From the human T2T-CHM13v2.0 reference genome, Homo sapiens: a stretch of 64,000 nt of DNA. The DNA lies in assembly GCF_009914755.1 (NCBI RefSeq), contig NC_060939.1. The stretch is one strand, 5' to 3'. The notes beneath the pieces are model-generated. The model did not search any database. It was not told the DNA's origin and saw only the letters and a program-made list of their open reading frames with translations. Shown here one piece after another: positions 12,301-28,100 of this stretch (its first letter is position 1; each line of letters starts with the position of its first letter). A program made the translations under genes and the position numbers.

Positions 12301-15300
12301 ACGATTCCTACCGTTCGATTTCATTTTGTTCCAGTCCATTCCTTTCGCGTCCATTCCATTCCATTTCACTCCATTCGATTCCATTCCACTCGATTCCACT
12401 TCGTTCCATTTCATTGCATTCCATTCTATTCAACTCTATTGCCTTCCATTCCATTCCATTCGATTACATTCCATGCGATTCCATTCGAAATCGAATCAAT
12501 TACATTGCAATCCATTACTATTGAGTCCGTTTTATTCCAGTCCACTGCATTCTGGTCCATTCCATTTGATTCCATTCCATTCTATTCCATTCCATACAGT
12601 TGCATTCCATTGGATTCCATGCTATATCTATAAATTCAATTCGAGACCATTGCTTTTGAGTCCATTCTATATGATTCCATTCCATTCAAGTCCATTACAT
12701 TTGGTTCAATTCCATTCCATTCCATTCCCTTCCATTCCATTCCATTTGATATCAATCCATTCGATTCCATTCCATTCGAGCACATTCCATTCGAGTCCAT
12801 TCCATTCGATGCCATTCCATTTGATTCTATTCCATTAGTCTCCATTCAATTCCATTAATCTCCATTCCATTCCATTCTACTCCAACTGATTCCATTCCAT
12901 TCTATTCCTTTCCATTCCATTTCATTCCATTCCATTCCATTTCATTCCATTCCATTCCATTCGTGTCCATTCCACTCCAGTCCATTCCATTCGTGTCCAT
13001 TCCATTCCAGTCCATTCCATTTGTGTCCACTGCATTCCATTCCACTCCATTCCATATTATTCCATTACACTCCATTCCATTCTATTACTTTCATTTCCAT
13101 TCAATTCCATTCCATTTGATTCCATTCCACTCGGTTTCATTCCATTTGAGTCCACTCCATTCCATTCCATTCCATTCCATTCAGTTCCATTCCATTCTGT
13201 TCCATTCCATTCCCTTCCATTACATTCCATTCCATTCGGTACCATTCCATATTGTTCCATTCGATTCCATTCGAATCCATTCCATTCCAGTCCATTCCAT
13301 TCGATTCCATTCCATTCATTTCAATTCCATTCCATTCCATTCCATTACATTCCACTTGATTCCTCTCCATTCCCTTCCACTGCATTCCGTTCGATTCCAT
13401 TCCATTGCATTGCATTCCATTACATTGGATTGCATTCCATTCGATTCCATTCCATTCGAATCAATTACATAGCAATCCATTACATTCGAGTCTATTCTCT
13501 TCCGTTCCATTCGATTTCGTTCCAATCCATTCGATTCCATTCCATTCGATTCCATTCCATGCTATTGCATTCCATTCTATTACATTATATTCGAATAAGT
13601 TCCATTCAAGACCATTTCTTTTGAGTCCATTCTATTTGAGTCCATTCCCTTTGATTCCATAACATTTGAGTCCATTCAATTCCATTCCTTTCGTTTCCAT
13701 TCCATTTGATGCCATTCCATTCAATTCTGTTCTACTCGACTCCAATACATTCAATTCCATTCCATCCGATTCCATTACATTCTTTTCATTTCTTATCCAT
13801 TTCAAGCCATTCCACTCCATTCCATTCCACTCGTTTCCTTTCCATTCGAGTCCATTCCTCTCCAGTCCATTCCGTTCAATCCATTCCATTCCAGTCCATT
13901 CCATTCGAGTCCGTTCCATTCCAGTCCATTCCATTCGAGTCAATTCCATTCCATTCGATGTCTTTCCATAACGATCCATTCCATTCTATTCCTTTCGATT
14001 CCATTCCATTCTATTTCATTCCATTCGATTCCCTTCCATTGGACTCCTTTCCATTCGAGTGCATTCCATTCCGTTCCATTTCTTTCCGTTCTGTACGATT
14101 CCTACCGTTCGATTTCATTTTGTTCCAGTCCATTCCTTTCGCGTCCATTCCATTCCATTTCACTCCATTCGATTCCATTCCACTCGATTCCACTTCGTTC
14201 CATTTCATTGCATTCCATTCTATTCAACTCTATTGCCTTCCATTCCATTCCATTCGATTACATTCCATGCGATTCCATTCGAAATCGAATCAATTACATT
14301 GCAATCCATTACTATTGAGTCCGTTTTATTCCAGTCCACTGCATTCTGGTCCATTCCATTTGATTCCATTCCATTCTATTCCATTCCATACAGTTGCATT
14401 CCATTGGATTCCATGCTATATCTATAAATTCAATTCGAGACCATTGCTTTTGAGTCCATTCTATATGATTCCATTCCATTCAAGTCCATTACATTTGGTT
14501 CAATTCCATTCCATTCCATTCCCTTCCATTCCATTCCATTTGATATCAATCCATTCGATTCCATTCCATTCGAGCACATTCCATTCGAGTCCATTCCATT
14601 CGATGCCATTCCATTTGATTCTATTCCATTAGTCTCCATTCAATTCCATTAATCTCCATTCCATTCCATTCTACTCCAACTGATTCCATTCCATTCTATT
14701 CCTTTCCATTCCATTTCATTCCATTCCATTCCATTTCATTCCATTCCATTCCATTCGCTTCCATTCCATTCGTGTCCATTCCACTCCAGTCCATTCCATT
14801 CGTGTCCATTCCATTCCAGTCCATTCCATTTGTGTCCACTGCACTCCATTCCACTCCATTCCATATTATTCCATTACACTCCATTCCATTCTATTACTTT
14901 CATTTCCATTCAATTCCATTCCATTTGATTCCATTCCACTCGGTTTCATTCCATTTGAGTCCACTCCATTCCATTCCATTCCATTCAGTTCCATTCCATT
15001 CTGTTCCATTCCATTCCGTTCCATTCCATTCCATTCCATGCGGTACCATTCCATATTGTTCCATTCGATTCCATTCGAATCCATTCCATTCCAGTCCATT
15101 CCATTCGATACCATTCCATTCATTTCAATTCCATTCCATTCCATTACATTACATTCCACTTGATTCCTCTCCATTCCCTTCCACTGCATTCCGTTCGATT
15201 CCATTCCATTGCATTGCATTCCATTCCATTGGATTGCATTCCATTCGATTCCATTCCATTCGAATCAATTACATAGCAATCCATTACATTCGAGTCTATT

Positions 15301-18300
15301 CTATTCCGTTCCATTCGATTTCGTTCCAATCCATTCGATTCCATTCCATTCGATTCCATTCCATACTATTGCATTCCATTCGATTACATTATATTCGAAT
15401 AAGTTCCATTCAAGACCATTTCTTTTGAGTCCATTCTATTTGAGTCCATTCCCTTTGATTCCATAACATTTGAGTCCATTCAATTCCATTCCTTTCGTTT
15501 CCATTCCATTTGATGCCATTCCATTCAATTCTGTTCTACTCGACTCCAATACATTCAATTCCATTCCATCCGATTCCATTACATTCTTTTCATTTCTTAT
15601 CCATTTCAAGCCATTCCACTCCATTCCATTCCACTCGTTTCCTTTCCATTCGAGTCCATTCCTCTCCAGTCCATTCCGTTCAATCCATTCCATTCCAGTC
15701 CATTCCATTCGAGTCCGTTCCATTCCAGTCCATTCCATTCGAGTCAATTCCATTCCATTCGATGTCTTTCCATAACGATCCATTCCATTCTATTCCTTTC
15801 GATTCCATTCCATTCTATTTCATTCCATTCGATTCCCTTCCATTGGACTCCTTTCCATTCGAGTGCATTCCATTCCTTTCCATTTCTTTCCGTTCTGTAC
15901 GATTCCTACCGTTCGATTTCATTTTGTTCCAGTCCATTCCTTTCGCGTCCATTCCATTCCATTTCACTCCATTCGATTCCATTCCACTCGATTCCACTTC
16001 GTTCCATTTCATTGCATTCCATTCTATTCAACTCTATTGCCTTCCATTCCATTCCATTCGATTACATTCCATGCGATTCCATTCGAAATCGAATCAATTA
16101 CATTGCAATCCATTACTATTGAGTCCGTTTTATTCCAGTCCACTGCATTCTGGTCCATTCCATTTGATTCCATTCCATTCTATTCCATTCCATACAGTTG
16201 CATTCCATTGGATTCCATGCTATATCTATAAATTCAATTCGAGACCATTGCTTTTGAGTCCATTCTATATGATTCCATTCCATTCAACTCCATTACATTT
16301 GGTTCAATTCCATTCCATTCCATTCCCTTCCATTCCATTCCATTTGATATCAATCCATTCGATTCCATTCCATTCGAGCACATTCCATTCGAGTCCATTC
16401 CATTCGATGCCATTCCATTTGATTCTATTCCATTAGTCTCCATTCAATTCCATTAATCTCCATTCCATTCCATTCTACTCCAACTGATTCCATTCCATTC
16501 TATTCCTTTCCATTCCATTTCATTCCATTCCATTCCATTCCATTTCATTCCATTCCATTCCATTCGCTTCCATTCCATTCGTGTCCATTCCACTCCAGTC
16601 CATTCCATTCGTGTCCATTCCATTCCAGTCCATTCCATTTGTGTCCACTGCATTCCATTCCACTCCATTCCATATTATTCCATTACACTCCATTCCATTC
16701 TATTACTTTCATTTCCATTCAATTCCATTCCATTTGATTCCATTCCACTCGGTTTCATTCCATTTGAGTCCACTCCATTCCATTCCATTGCATTCCATTC
16801 AGTTCCATTCCATTCTGTTCCATTCCATTCCGTTCCATTACATTCCATTCCATTCGGTACCATTCCATATTGTTCCATTCGATTCCATTCGAATCCATTC
16901 CATTCCAGTCCATTCCATTCGATTCCATTCCATTCATTTCAATTCCATTCCATTCCATTCCATTACATTCCACTTGATTCCTCTCCATTCCCTTCCACTG
17001 CATTCCGTTCGATTCCATTCCATTGCATTGCATTCCATTCCATTGGATTGCATTCCATTCGATTCCATTCCATTCGAATCAATTACATAGCAATCCATTA
17101 CATTCGAGTCTATTCTATTCCGTTCCATTCGATTTCGTTCCAATCCATTCGATTCCATTCCATTCGATTCCATTCCATACTATTGCATTCCATTCGATTA
17201 CATTATATTCGAATAAGTTCCATTCAAGACCATTTCTTTTGAGTCCATTCTATTTGAGTCCATTCCCTTTGATTCCATAACATTTGAGTCCATTCAATTC
17301 CATTCCTTTCGTTTCCATTCCATTTGATGCCATTCCATTCAATTCTGTTCTACTCGACTCCAATACATTCAATTCCATTCCATCCGATTCCATTACATTC
17401 TTTTCATTTCTTATCCATTTCAAGCCATTCCACTCCATTCCATTCCACTCGTTTCCTTTCCATTCGAGTCCATTCCTCTCCAGTCCATTCCATTCAATCC
17501 ATTCCATTTCAGTCCATTCCATTCGAGTCCGTTCCATTCCAGTCCATTCCATTCGAGTCAATTCCATTCCATTCGATGTCTTTCCATAACGATCCATTCC
17601 ATTCTATTCCTTTCGATTCCATTCCATTCTATTTCATTCCATTCGATTCCCTTCCATTGGACTCCTTTCCATTCGAGTGCATTCCATTCCGTTCCATTTC
17701 TTTCCGTTCTGTACGATTCCTACCGTTCGATTTCATTTTGTTCCAGTCCATTCCTTTCGCGTCCATTCCATTCCATTTCACTCCATTCGATTCCATTCCA
17801 CTCGATTCCACTTCGTTCCATTTCATTGCATTCCATTCTATTCAACTCTATTGCCTTCCATTCCATTCCATTCGATTACATTCCATGCGATTCCATTCGA
17901 AATCGAATCAATTACATTGCAATCCATTACTATTGAGTCCGTTTTATTCCAGTCCACTGCATTCTGGTCCATTCCATTTGATTCCATTCCATTCTATTCC
18001 ATTCCATACAGTTGCATTCCATTGGATTCCATGCTATATCTATAAATTCAATTCGAGACCATTGCTTTTGAGTCCATTCTATATGATTCCATTCCATTCA
18101 AATCCATTACTTTTGGTTCAATTCCATTCCATTCCATTCCCTTCCATTCCATTCCATTTGATATCAATCCATTCGATTCCATTCCATTCGAGCACATTCC
18201 ATTCGAGACCATTCCATTCGATGCCATTCCATTTGATTCTATTCCATTAGTCTCCATTCAATTCCACTAATCTCCATTCCATTCCATTCTACTCCAACTG

Positions 18301-21300
18301 ATTCCATTCCATTCTATTCCTTTCCATTCCATTTCATTCCATTCCATTCCATTTCATTCCATTCCATTCCATTCGTGTCCATTCCACTCCAGTCCATTCC
18401 ATTCGTGTCCATTCCATTCCAGTCCATTCCATTTGTGTCCACTGCATTCCATTCCACTCCATTCCATATTATTCCATTACACTCCATTCCATTCTATCAC
18501 TTTCATTTCCATTCAATTCCATTCCATTTGATTCCATTCCACTCGGTTTCATTCCATTTGAGTCCACTCCATTCCATTCCATTGCATTCCATTCAGTTCC
18601 ATTCCATTCTGTTCCATTCCATTCCGTTCCATTACATTCCATTCCATTCGGTACCATTCCATATTGTTCCATTCGATTCCATTCGAATCCATTCCATTCC
18701 AGTCCATTCCATTCGATTCCATTCCATTCATTTCAATTCCATTCCATTCCATTCCATTACATTCCACTTGATTCCTCTCCATTCCCTTCCACTGCATTCC
18801 GTTCGATTCCATTCCATTGCATTGCATTCCATTCCATTGGATTGCATTCCATTCGATTCCATTCCATTCGAATCAATTACATAGCAATCCATTGCATTCG
18901 AGTCTATTCTCTTCCGTTCCATTCGATTTCGTTCCAATCCATTCGATTCCATTCCATTCAATTCCATTCCATACTATTGCATTCCATTCGATTACATTAT
19001 ATTCGAATAAGTTCCATTCAAGACCATTTCTTTTGAGTCCATTCTATTTGAGTCCATTCCCTTTGATTCCATAACATTTGAGTCCATTCAATTCCATTCC
19101 TTTCGTTTCCATTCCATTTGATGCCATTCCATTCAATTCTGTTCTACTCGACTCCAATACACTCAATTCCATTCCATCCGATTCCATTACATTCTTTTCA
19201 TTTCTTATCCATTTCAAGTCATTCCACTCCATTCCATTCCACTCGTTTCCTTTCCATTCGAGTCCATTCCTCTCCAGTCCATTCCGTTCAATCCATTCCA
19301 TTCCAGTCCATTCCATTCGAGTCCGTTCCATTCCAGTCCATTCCATTCGAGTCAATTCCATCCCATTCGATGTCTTTCCATAACGATCCATTCCATTCTA
19401 TTCCTTTCGATTCCATTCCATTCTATTTCATTCCATTCGATTCCCTTCCATTGGACTCCTTTCCATTCGAGTGCATTCCATTCCTTTCCATTTCTTTCCG
19501 TTCTGTACGATTCCTACCGTTCGATTTCATTTTGTTCCAGTCCATTCCTTTCGCGTCCATTCCATTCCATTTCACTCCATTCGATTCCATTCCACTCGAT
19601 TCCACTTCGTTCCATTTCATTGCATTCCATTCTATTCAACTCTATTGCCTTCCATTCCATTCCATTCGATTACATTCCATGCGATTCCATTCGAAATCGA
19701 ATCAATTACATTGCAATCCATTACTATTGAGTCCGTTTTATTCCAGTCCACTGCATTCTGGTCCATTCCATTTGATTCCATTCCATTCTATTCCATTCCA
19801 TACAGTTGCATTCCATTGGATTCCATGCTATATCTATAAATTCAATTCGAGACCATTGCTTTTGAGTCCATTCTATATGATTCCATTCCATTCAAGTCCA
19901 TTACATTTGGTTCAATTCCATTCCATTCCATTCCCTTCCATTCCATTCCATTTGATATCAATCCATTCGATTCCATTCCATTCGAGCACATTCCATTCGA
20001 GTCCATTCCATTCGATGCCATTCCATTTGATTCTATTCCATTAGTCTCCATTCAATTCCATTAATCTCCATTCCATTCCATTCTACTCCAACTGATTCCA
20101 TTCCATTCTATTCCTTTCCATTCCATTTCATTCCATTCCATTCCATTTCATTCCATTCCATTCCATTCGTGTCCATTCCACTCCAGTCCATTCCATTCGT
20201 GTCCATTCCATTCCAGTCCATTCCATTTGTGTCCACTGCATTCCATTCCACTCCATTCCATATTATTCCATTACACTCCATTCCATTCTATTACTTTCAT
20301 TTCCATTCAATTCCATTCCATTTGATTCCATTCCACTCGGTTTCATTCCATTTGAGTCCACTCCATTCCATTCCATTCCATTCCATTCAGTTCCATTCCA
20401 TTCTGTTCCATTCCATTCCCTTCCATTACATTCCATTCCATTCGGTACCATTCCATATTGTTCCATTCGATTCCATTCGAATCCATTCCATTCCAGTCCA
20501 TTCCATTCGATTCCATTCCATTCATTTCAATTCCATTCCATTCCATTCCATTACATTCCACTTGATTCCTCTCCATTCCCTTCCACTGCATTCCGTTCGA
20601 TTCCATTCCATTGCATTGCATTCCATTCCATTGGATTGCATTCCATTCGATTCCATTCCATTCGAATCAATTACATAGCAATCCATTACATTCGAGTCTA
20701 TTCTCTTCCGTTCCATTCGATTTCGTTCCAATCCATTCGATTCCATTCCATTCGATTCCATTCCATGCTATTGCATTCCATTCTATTACATTATATTCGA
20801 ATAAGTTCCATTCAAGACCATTTCTTTTGAGTCCATTCTATTTGAGTCCATTCCCTTTGATTCCATAACATTTGAGTCCATTCAATTCCATTCCTTTCGT
20901 TTCCATTCCATTTGATGCCATTCCATTCAATTCTGTTCTACTCGACTCCAATACATTCAATTCCATTCCATCCGATTCCATTACATTCTTTTCATTTCTT
21001 ATCCATTTCAAGCCATTCCACTCCATTCCATTCCACTCGTTTCCTTTCCATTCGAGTCCATTCCTCTCCAGTCCATTCCGTTCAATCCATTCCATTCCAG
21101 TCCATTCCATTCGAGTCCGTTCCATTCCAGTCCATTCCATTCGAGTCAATTCCATTCCATTCGATGTCTTTCCATAACGATCCATTCCATTCTATTCCTT
21201 TCGATTCCATTCCATTCTATTTCATTCCATTCGATTCCCTTCCATTGGACTCCTTTCCATTCGAGTGCATTCCATTCCGTTCCATTTCTTTCCGTTCTGT

Positions 21301-22179
21301 ACGATTCCTACCGTTCGATTTCATTTTGTTCCAGTCCATTCCTTTCGCGTCCATTCCATTCCATTTCACTCCATTCGATTCCATTCCACTCGATTCCACT
21401 TCGTTCCATTTCATTGCATTCCATTCTATTCAACTCTATTGCCTTCCATTCCATTCCATTCGATTACATTCCATGCGATTCCATTCGAAATCGAATCAAT
21501 TACATTGCAATCCATTACTATTGAGTCCGTTTTATTCCAGTCCACTGCATTCTGGTCCATTCCATTTGATTCCATTCCATTCTATTCCATTCCATACAGT
21601 TGCATTCCATTGGATTCCATGCTATATCTATAAATTCAATTCGAGACCATTGCTTTTGAGTCCATTCTATATGATTCCATTCCATTCAAGTCCATTACAT
21701 TTGGTTCAATTCCATTCCATTCCATTCCCTTCCATTCCATTCCATTTGATATCAATCCATTCGATTCCATTCCATTCGAGCACATTCCATTCGAGTCCAT
21801 TCCATTCGATGCCATTCCATTTGATTCTATTCCATTAGTCTCCATTCAATTCCATTAATCTCCATTCCATTCCATTCTACTCCAACTGATTCCATTCCAT
21901 TCTATTCCTTTCCATTCCATTTCATTCCATTCCATTCCATTTCATTCCATTCCATTCCATTCGTGTCCATTCCACTCCAGTCCATTCCATTCGTGTCCAT
22001 TCCATTCCAGTCCATTCCATTTGTGTCCACTGCATTCCATTCCACTCCATTCCATATTATTCCATTACACTCCATTCCATTCTATCACTTTCATTTCCAT
22101 TCAATTCCATTCCATTTGATTCCATTCCACTCGGTTTCATTCCATTTGAGTCCACTCCATTCCATTCCATTGCATTCCA

Positions 22180-25100
22180 TTCAGTTCCATTCCATTCCGT
22201 TCCATTACATTCCATTCCATTCGGTACCATTCCATATTGTTCCATTCGATTCCATTCGAATCCATTCCATTCCAGTCCATTCCATTCGATTCCATTCCAT
22301 TCATTTCAATTCCATTCCATTCCATTCCATTACATTCCACTTGATTCCTCTCCATTCCCTTCCACTGCATTCCGTTCGATTCCATTCCATTGCATTGCAT
22401 TCCATTCCATTGGATTGCATTCCATTCGATTCCATTCCATTCGAATCAATTACATAGCAATCCATTACATTCGAGTCTATTCTCTTCCGTTCCATTCGAT
22501 TTCGTTCCAATCCATTCGATTCCATTCCATTCGATTCCATTCCATACTATTGCATTCCATTCGATTACATTATATTCGAATAAGTTCCATTCAAGACCAT
22601 TTCTTTTGAGTCCATTCTATTTGAGTCCATTCCCTTTGATTCCATAACATTTGAGTCCATTCAATTCCATTCCTTTCGTTTCCATTCCATTTGATGCCAT
22701 TCCATTCAATTCTGTTCTACTCGACTCCAATACACTCAATTCCATTCCATCCGATTCCATTACATTCTTTTCATTTCTTATCCATTTCAAGCCATTCCAC
22801 TCCATTCCATTCCACTCGTTTCCTTTCCATTCGAGTCCATTCCTCTCCAGTCCATTCCGTTCAATCCATTCCATTCCAGTCCATTCCATTCGAGTCCGTT
22901 CCATTCCAGTCCATTCCATTCGAGTCAATTCCATCCCATTCGATGTCTTTCCATAACGATCCATTCCATTCTATTCCTTTCGATTCCATTCCATTCTATT
23001 TCATTCCATTCGATTCCCTTCCATTGGACTCCTTTCCATTCGAGTGCATTCCATTCCTTTCCATTTCTTTCCGTTCTGTACGATTCCTACCGTTCGATTT
23101 CATTTTGTTCCAGTCCATTCCTTTCGCGTCCATTCCATTCCATTTCACTCCATTCGATTCCATTCCACTCGATTCCACTTCGTTCCATTTCATTGCATTC
23201 CATTCTATTCAACTCTATTGCCTTCCATTCCATTCCATTCGATTACATTCCATGCGATTCCATTCGAAATCGAATCAATTACATTGCAATCCATTACTAT
23301 TGAGTCCGTTTTATTCCAGTCCACTGCATTCTGGTCCATTCCATTTGATTCCATTCCATTCTATTCCATTCCATACAGTTGCATTCCATTGGATTCCATG
23401 CTATATCTATAAATTCAATTCGAGACCATTGCTTTTGAGTCCATTCTATATGATTCCATTCCATTCAAGTCCATTACATTTGGTTCAATTCCATTCCATT
23501 CCATTCCCTTCCATTCCATTCCATTTGATATCAATCTATTCGATTCCATTCCATTCGAGCACATTCCATTCGAGTCCATTCCATTCGATGCCATTCCATT
23601 TGATTCTATTCCATTAGTCTCCATTCAATTCCATTAATCTCCATTCCATTCCATTCTACTCCAACTGATTCCATTCCATTCTATTCCTTTCCATTCCATT
23701 TCATTCCATTCCATTCCATTTCATTCCATTCCATTCCATTCGTGTCCATTCCACTCCAGTCCATTCCATTCGTGTCCATTCCATTCCAGTCCATTCCATT
23801 TGTGTCCACTGCATTCCATTCCACTCCATTCCATATTATTCCATTACACTCCATTCCATTCTATTACTTTCATTTCCATTCAATTCCATTCCATTTGATT
23901 CCATTCCACTCGGTTTCATTCCATTTGAGTCCACTCCATTCCATTCCATTCCATTCCATTCAGTTCCATTCCATTCTGTTCCATTCCATTCCCTTCCATT
24001 ACATTCCATTCCATTCGGTACCATTCCATATTGTTCCATTCGATTCCATTCGAATCCATTCCATTCCAGTCCATTCCATTCGATTCCATTCCATTCATTT
24101 CAATTCCATTCCATTCCATTCCATTACATTCCACTTGATTCCTCTCCATTCCCTTCCACTGCATTCCGTTCGATTCCATTCCATTGCATTGCATTCCATT
24201 CCATTGGATTGCATTCCATTCGATTCCATTCCATTCGAATCAATTACATAGCAATCCATTACATTCGAGTCTATTCTCTTCCGTTCCATTCGATTTCGTT
24301 CCAATCCATTCGATTCCATTCCATTCGATTCCATTCCATGCTATTGCATTCCATTCTATTACATTATATTCGAATAAGTTCCATTCAAGACCATTTCTTT
24401 TGAGTCCATTCTATTTGAGTCCATTCCCTTTGATTCCATAACATTTGAGTCCATTCAATTCCATTCCTTTCGTTTCCATTCCATTTGATGCCATTCCATT
24501 CAATTCTGTTCTACTCGACTCCAATACATTCAATTCCATTCCATCCGATTCCATTACATTCTTTTCATTTCTTATCCATTTCAAGCCATTCCACTCCATT
24601 CCATTCCACTCGTTTCCTTTCCATTCGAGTCCATTCCTCTCCAGTCCATTCCGTTCAATCCATTCCATTCCAGTCCATTCCATTCGAGTCCGTTCCATTC
24701 CAGTCCATTCCATTCGAGTCAATTCCATTCCATTCGATGTCTTTCCATAACGATCCATTCCATTCTATTCCTTTCGATTCCATTCCATTCTATTTCATTC
24801 CATTCGATTCCCTTCCATTGGACTCCTTTCCATTCGAGTGCATTCCATTCCGTTCCATTTCTTTCCGTTCTGTACGATTCCTACCGTTCGATTTCATTTT
24901 GTTCCAGTCCATTCCTTTCGCGTCCATTCCATTCCATTTCACTCCATTCGATTCCATTCCACTCGATTCCACTTCGTTCCATTTCATTGCATTCCATTCT
25001 ATTCAACTCTATTGCCTTCCATTCCATTCCATTCGATTACATTCCATGCGATTCCATTCGAAATCGAATCAATTACATTGCAATCCATTACTATTGAGTC

Positions 25101-28100
25101 CGTTTTATTCCAGTCCACTGCATTCTGGTCCATTCCATTTGATTCCATTCCATTCTATTCCATTCCACACAGTTGCATTCCATTGGATTCCATGCTATAT
25201 CTATAAATTCAATTCGAGACCATTGCTTTTGAGTCCATTCTATATGATTCCATTCCATTCAAGTCCATTACATTTGGTTCAATTCCATTCCATTCCATTC
25301 CCTTCCATTCCATTCCATTTGATATCAATCCATTCGATTCCATTCCATTCGAGCACATTCCATTCGAGTCCATTCCATTCGATGCCATTCCATTTGATTC
25401 TATTCCATTAGTCTCCATTCAATTCCATTAATCTCCATTCCATTCCATTCTATTCCAACTGATTCCATTCCATTCTATTCCTTTCCATTCCATTTCATTC
25501 CATTCCATTCCATTTCATTCCATTCCATTCCATTCGTGTCCATTCCACTCCAGTCCATTCCATTCGTGTCCATTCCATTCCAGTCCATTCCATTTGTGTC
25601 CACTGCATTCCATTCCACTCCATTCCATATTATTCCATTACACTCCATTCCATTCTATCACTTTCATTTCCATTCAATTCCATTCCATTTGATTCCATTC
25701 CACTCGGTTTCATTCCATTTGAGTCCACTCCATTCCATTCCATTGCATTCCATTCAGTTCCATTCCATTCCGTTCCATTACATTCCATTCCATTCGGTAC
25801 CATTCCATATTGTTCCATTCGATTCCATTCGAATCCATTCCATTCCAGTCCATTCCATTCGATTCCATTCCATTCATTTCAATTCCATTCCATTCCATTC
25901 CATTACATTCCACTTGATTCCTCTCCATTCCCTTCCACTGCATTCCGTTCGATTCCATTCCATTGCATTGCATTCCATTCCATTGGATTGCATTCCATTC
26001 GATTCCATTCCATTCGAATCAATTACATAGCAATCCATTACATTCGAGTCTATTCTCTTCCGTTCCATTCGATTTCGTTCCAATCCATTCGATTCCATTC
26101 CATTCGATTCCATTCCATACTATTGCATTCCATTCGATTACATTATATTCGAATAAGTTCCATTCAAGACCATTTCTTTTGAGTCCATTCTATTTGAGTC
26201 CATTCCCTTTGATTCCATAACATTTGAGTCCATTCAATTCCATTCCTTTCGTTTCCATTCCATTTGATGCCATTCCATTCAATTCTGTTCTACTCGACTC
26301 CAATACATTCAATTCCATTCCATCCGATTCCATTACATTCTTTTCATTTCTTATCCATTTCAAGCCATTCCACTCCATTCCATTCCACTCGTTTCCTTTC
26401 CATTCGAGTCCATTCCTCTCCAGTCCATTCCGTTCAATCCATTCCATTCCAGTCCATTCCATTCGAGTCCGTTCCATTCCAGTCCATTCCATTCGAGTCA
26501 ATTCCATTCCATTCGATGTCTTTCCATAACGATCCATTCCATTCTATTCCTTTCGATTCCATTCCATTCTATTTCATTCCATTCGATTCCCTTCCATTGG
26601 ACTCCTTTCCATTCGAGTGCATTCCATTCCGTTCCATTTATTTCCGTTCTGTACGATTCCTACCGTTCGATTTCATTTTGTTCCAGTCCATTCCTTTCGC
26701 GTCCATTCCATTCCATTTCACTCCATTCGATTCCATTCCACTCGATTCCACTTCGTTCCATTTCATTGCATTCCATTCTATTCAACTCTATTGCCTTCCA
26801 TTCCATTCCATTCGATTACATTCCATGCGATTCCATTCGAAATCGAATCAATTACATTGCAATCCATTACTATTGAGTCCGTTTTATTCCAGTCCACTGC
26901 ATTCTGGTCCATTCCATTTGATTCCATTCCATTCTATTCCATTCCATACAGTTGCATTCCATTGGATTCCATGCTATATCTATAAATTCAATTCGAGACC
27001 ATTGCTTTTGAGTCCATTCTATATGATTCCATTCCATTCAAATCCATTACATTTGGTTCAATTCCATTCCATTCCATTCCCTTCCATTCCATTCCATTTG
27101 ATATCAATCCATTCGATTCCATTCCATTCGAGCACATTCCATTCGAGTCCATTCCATTCGATGCCATTCCATTTGATTCTATTCCATTAGTCTCCATTCA
27201 ATTCCATTAATCTCCATTCCATTCCATTCTACTCCAACTGATTCCATTCCATTCTATTCCTTTCCATTCCATTTCATTCCATTCCATTCCATTTCATTCC
27301 ATTCCATTCCATTCGTGTCCATTCCACTCCAGTCCATTCCATTCGTGTCCATTCCATTCCAGTCCATTCCATTTGTGTCCACTGCATTCCATTCCACTCC
27401 ATTCCATATTATTCCTTTACACTCCATTCCATTCTATCACTTTCATTTCCATTCAATTCCATTCCATTTGATTCCATTCCACTCGGTTTCATTCCATTTG
27501 AGTCCACTCCATTCCATTCCATTGCATTCCATTCAGTTCCATTCCATTCCGTTCCATTACATTCCATTCCATTCGGTACCATTCCATATTGTTCCATTCG
27601 ATTCCATTCGAATCCATTCCATTCCAGTCCATTCCATTCGATTCCATTCCATTCATTTCAATTCCATTCCATTCCATTCCATTACATTCCACTTGATTCC
27701 TCTCCATTCCCTTCCACTGCATTCCGTTCGATTCCATTCCATTGCATTGCATTCCATTCCATTGGATTGCATTCCATTCGATTCCATTCCATTCGAATCA
27801 ATTACATAGCAATCCATTACATTCGAGTCTATTCTCTTCCGTTCCATTCGATTTCGTTCCAATCCATTCGATTCCATTCCATTCGATTCCATTCCATACT
27901 ATTGCATTCCATTCGATTACATTATATTCGAATAAGTTCCATTCAAGACCATTTCTTTTGAGTCCATTCTATTTGAGTCCATTCCCTTTGATTCCATAAC
28001 ATTTGAGTCCATTCAATTCCATTCCTTTCGTTTCCATTCCATTTGATGCCATTCCATTCAATTCTGTTCTACTCGACTCCAATACATTCAATTCCATTCC

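Larger units (their letters stand above)
5074..20627 (+). repeat. Tandem duplication of a 4-unit block, period 7,206 bp (1794+1794+1804+1814)
   Basis: Rare variant units recur exactly 7206 bp apart: 218-aa ORF at 7566/14772, +20 unit at 9375/16581, and the units starting 10118/17324 and 11912/19118. Confidence 0.9.
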
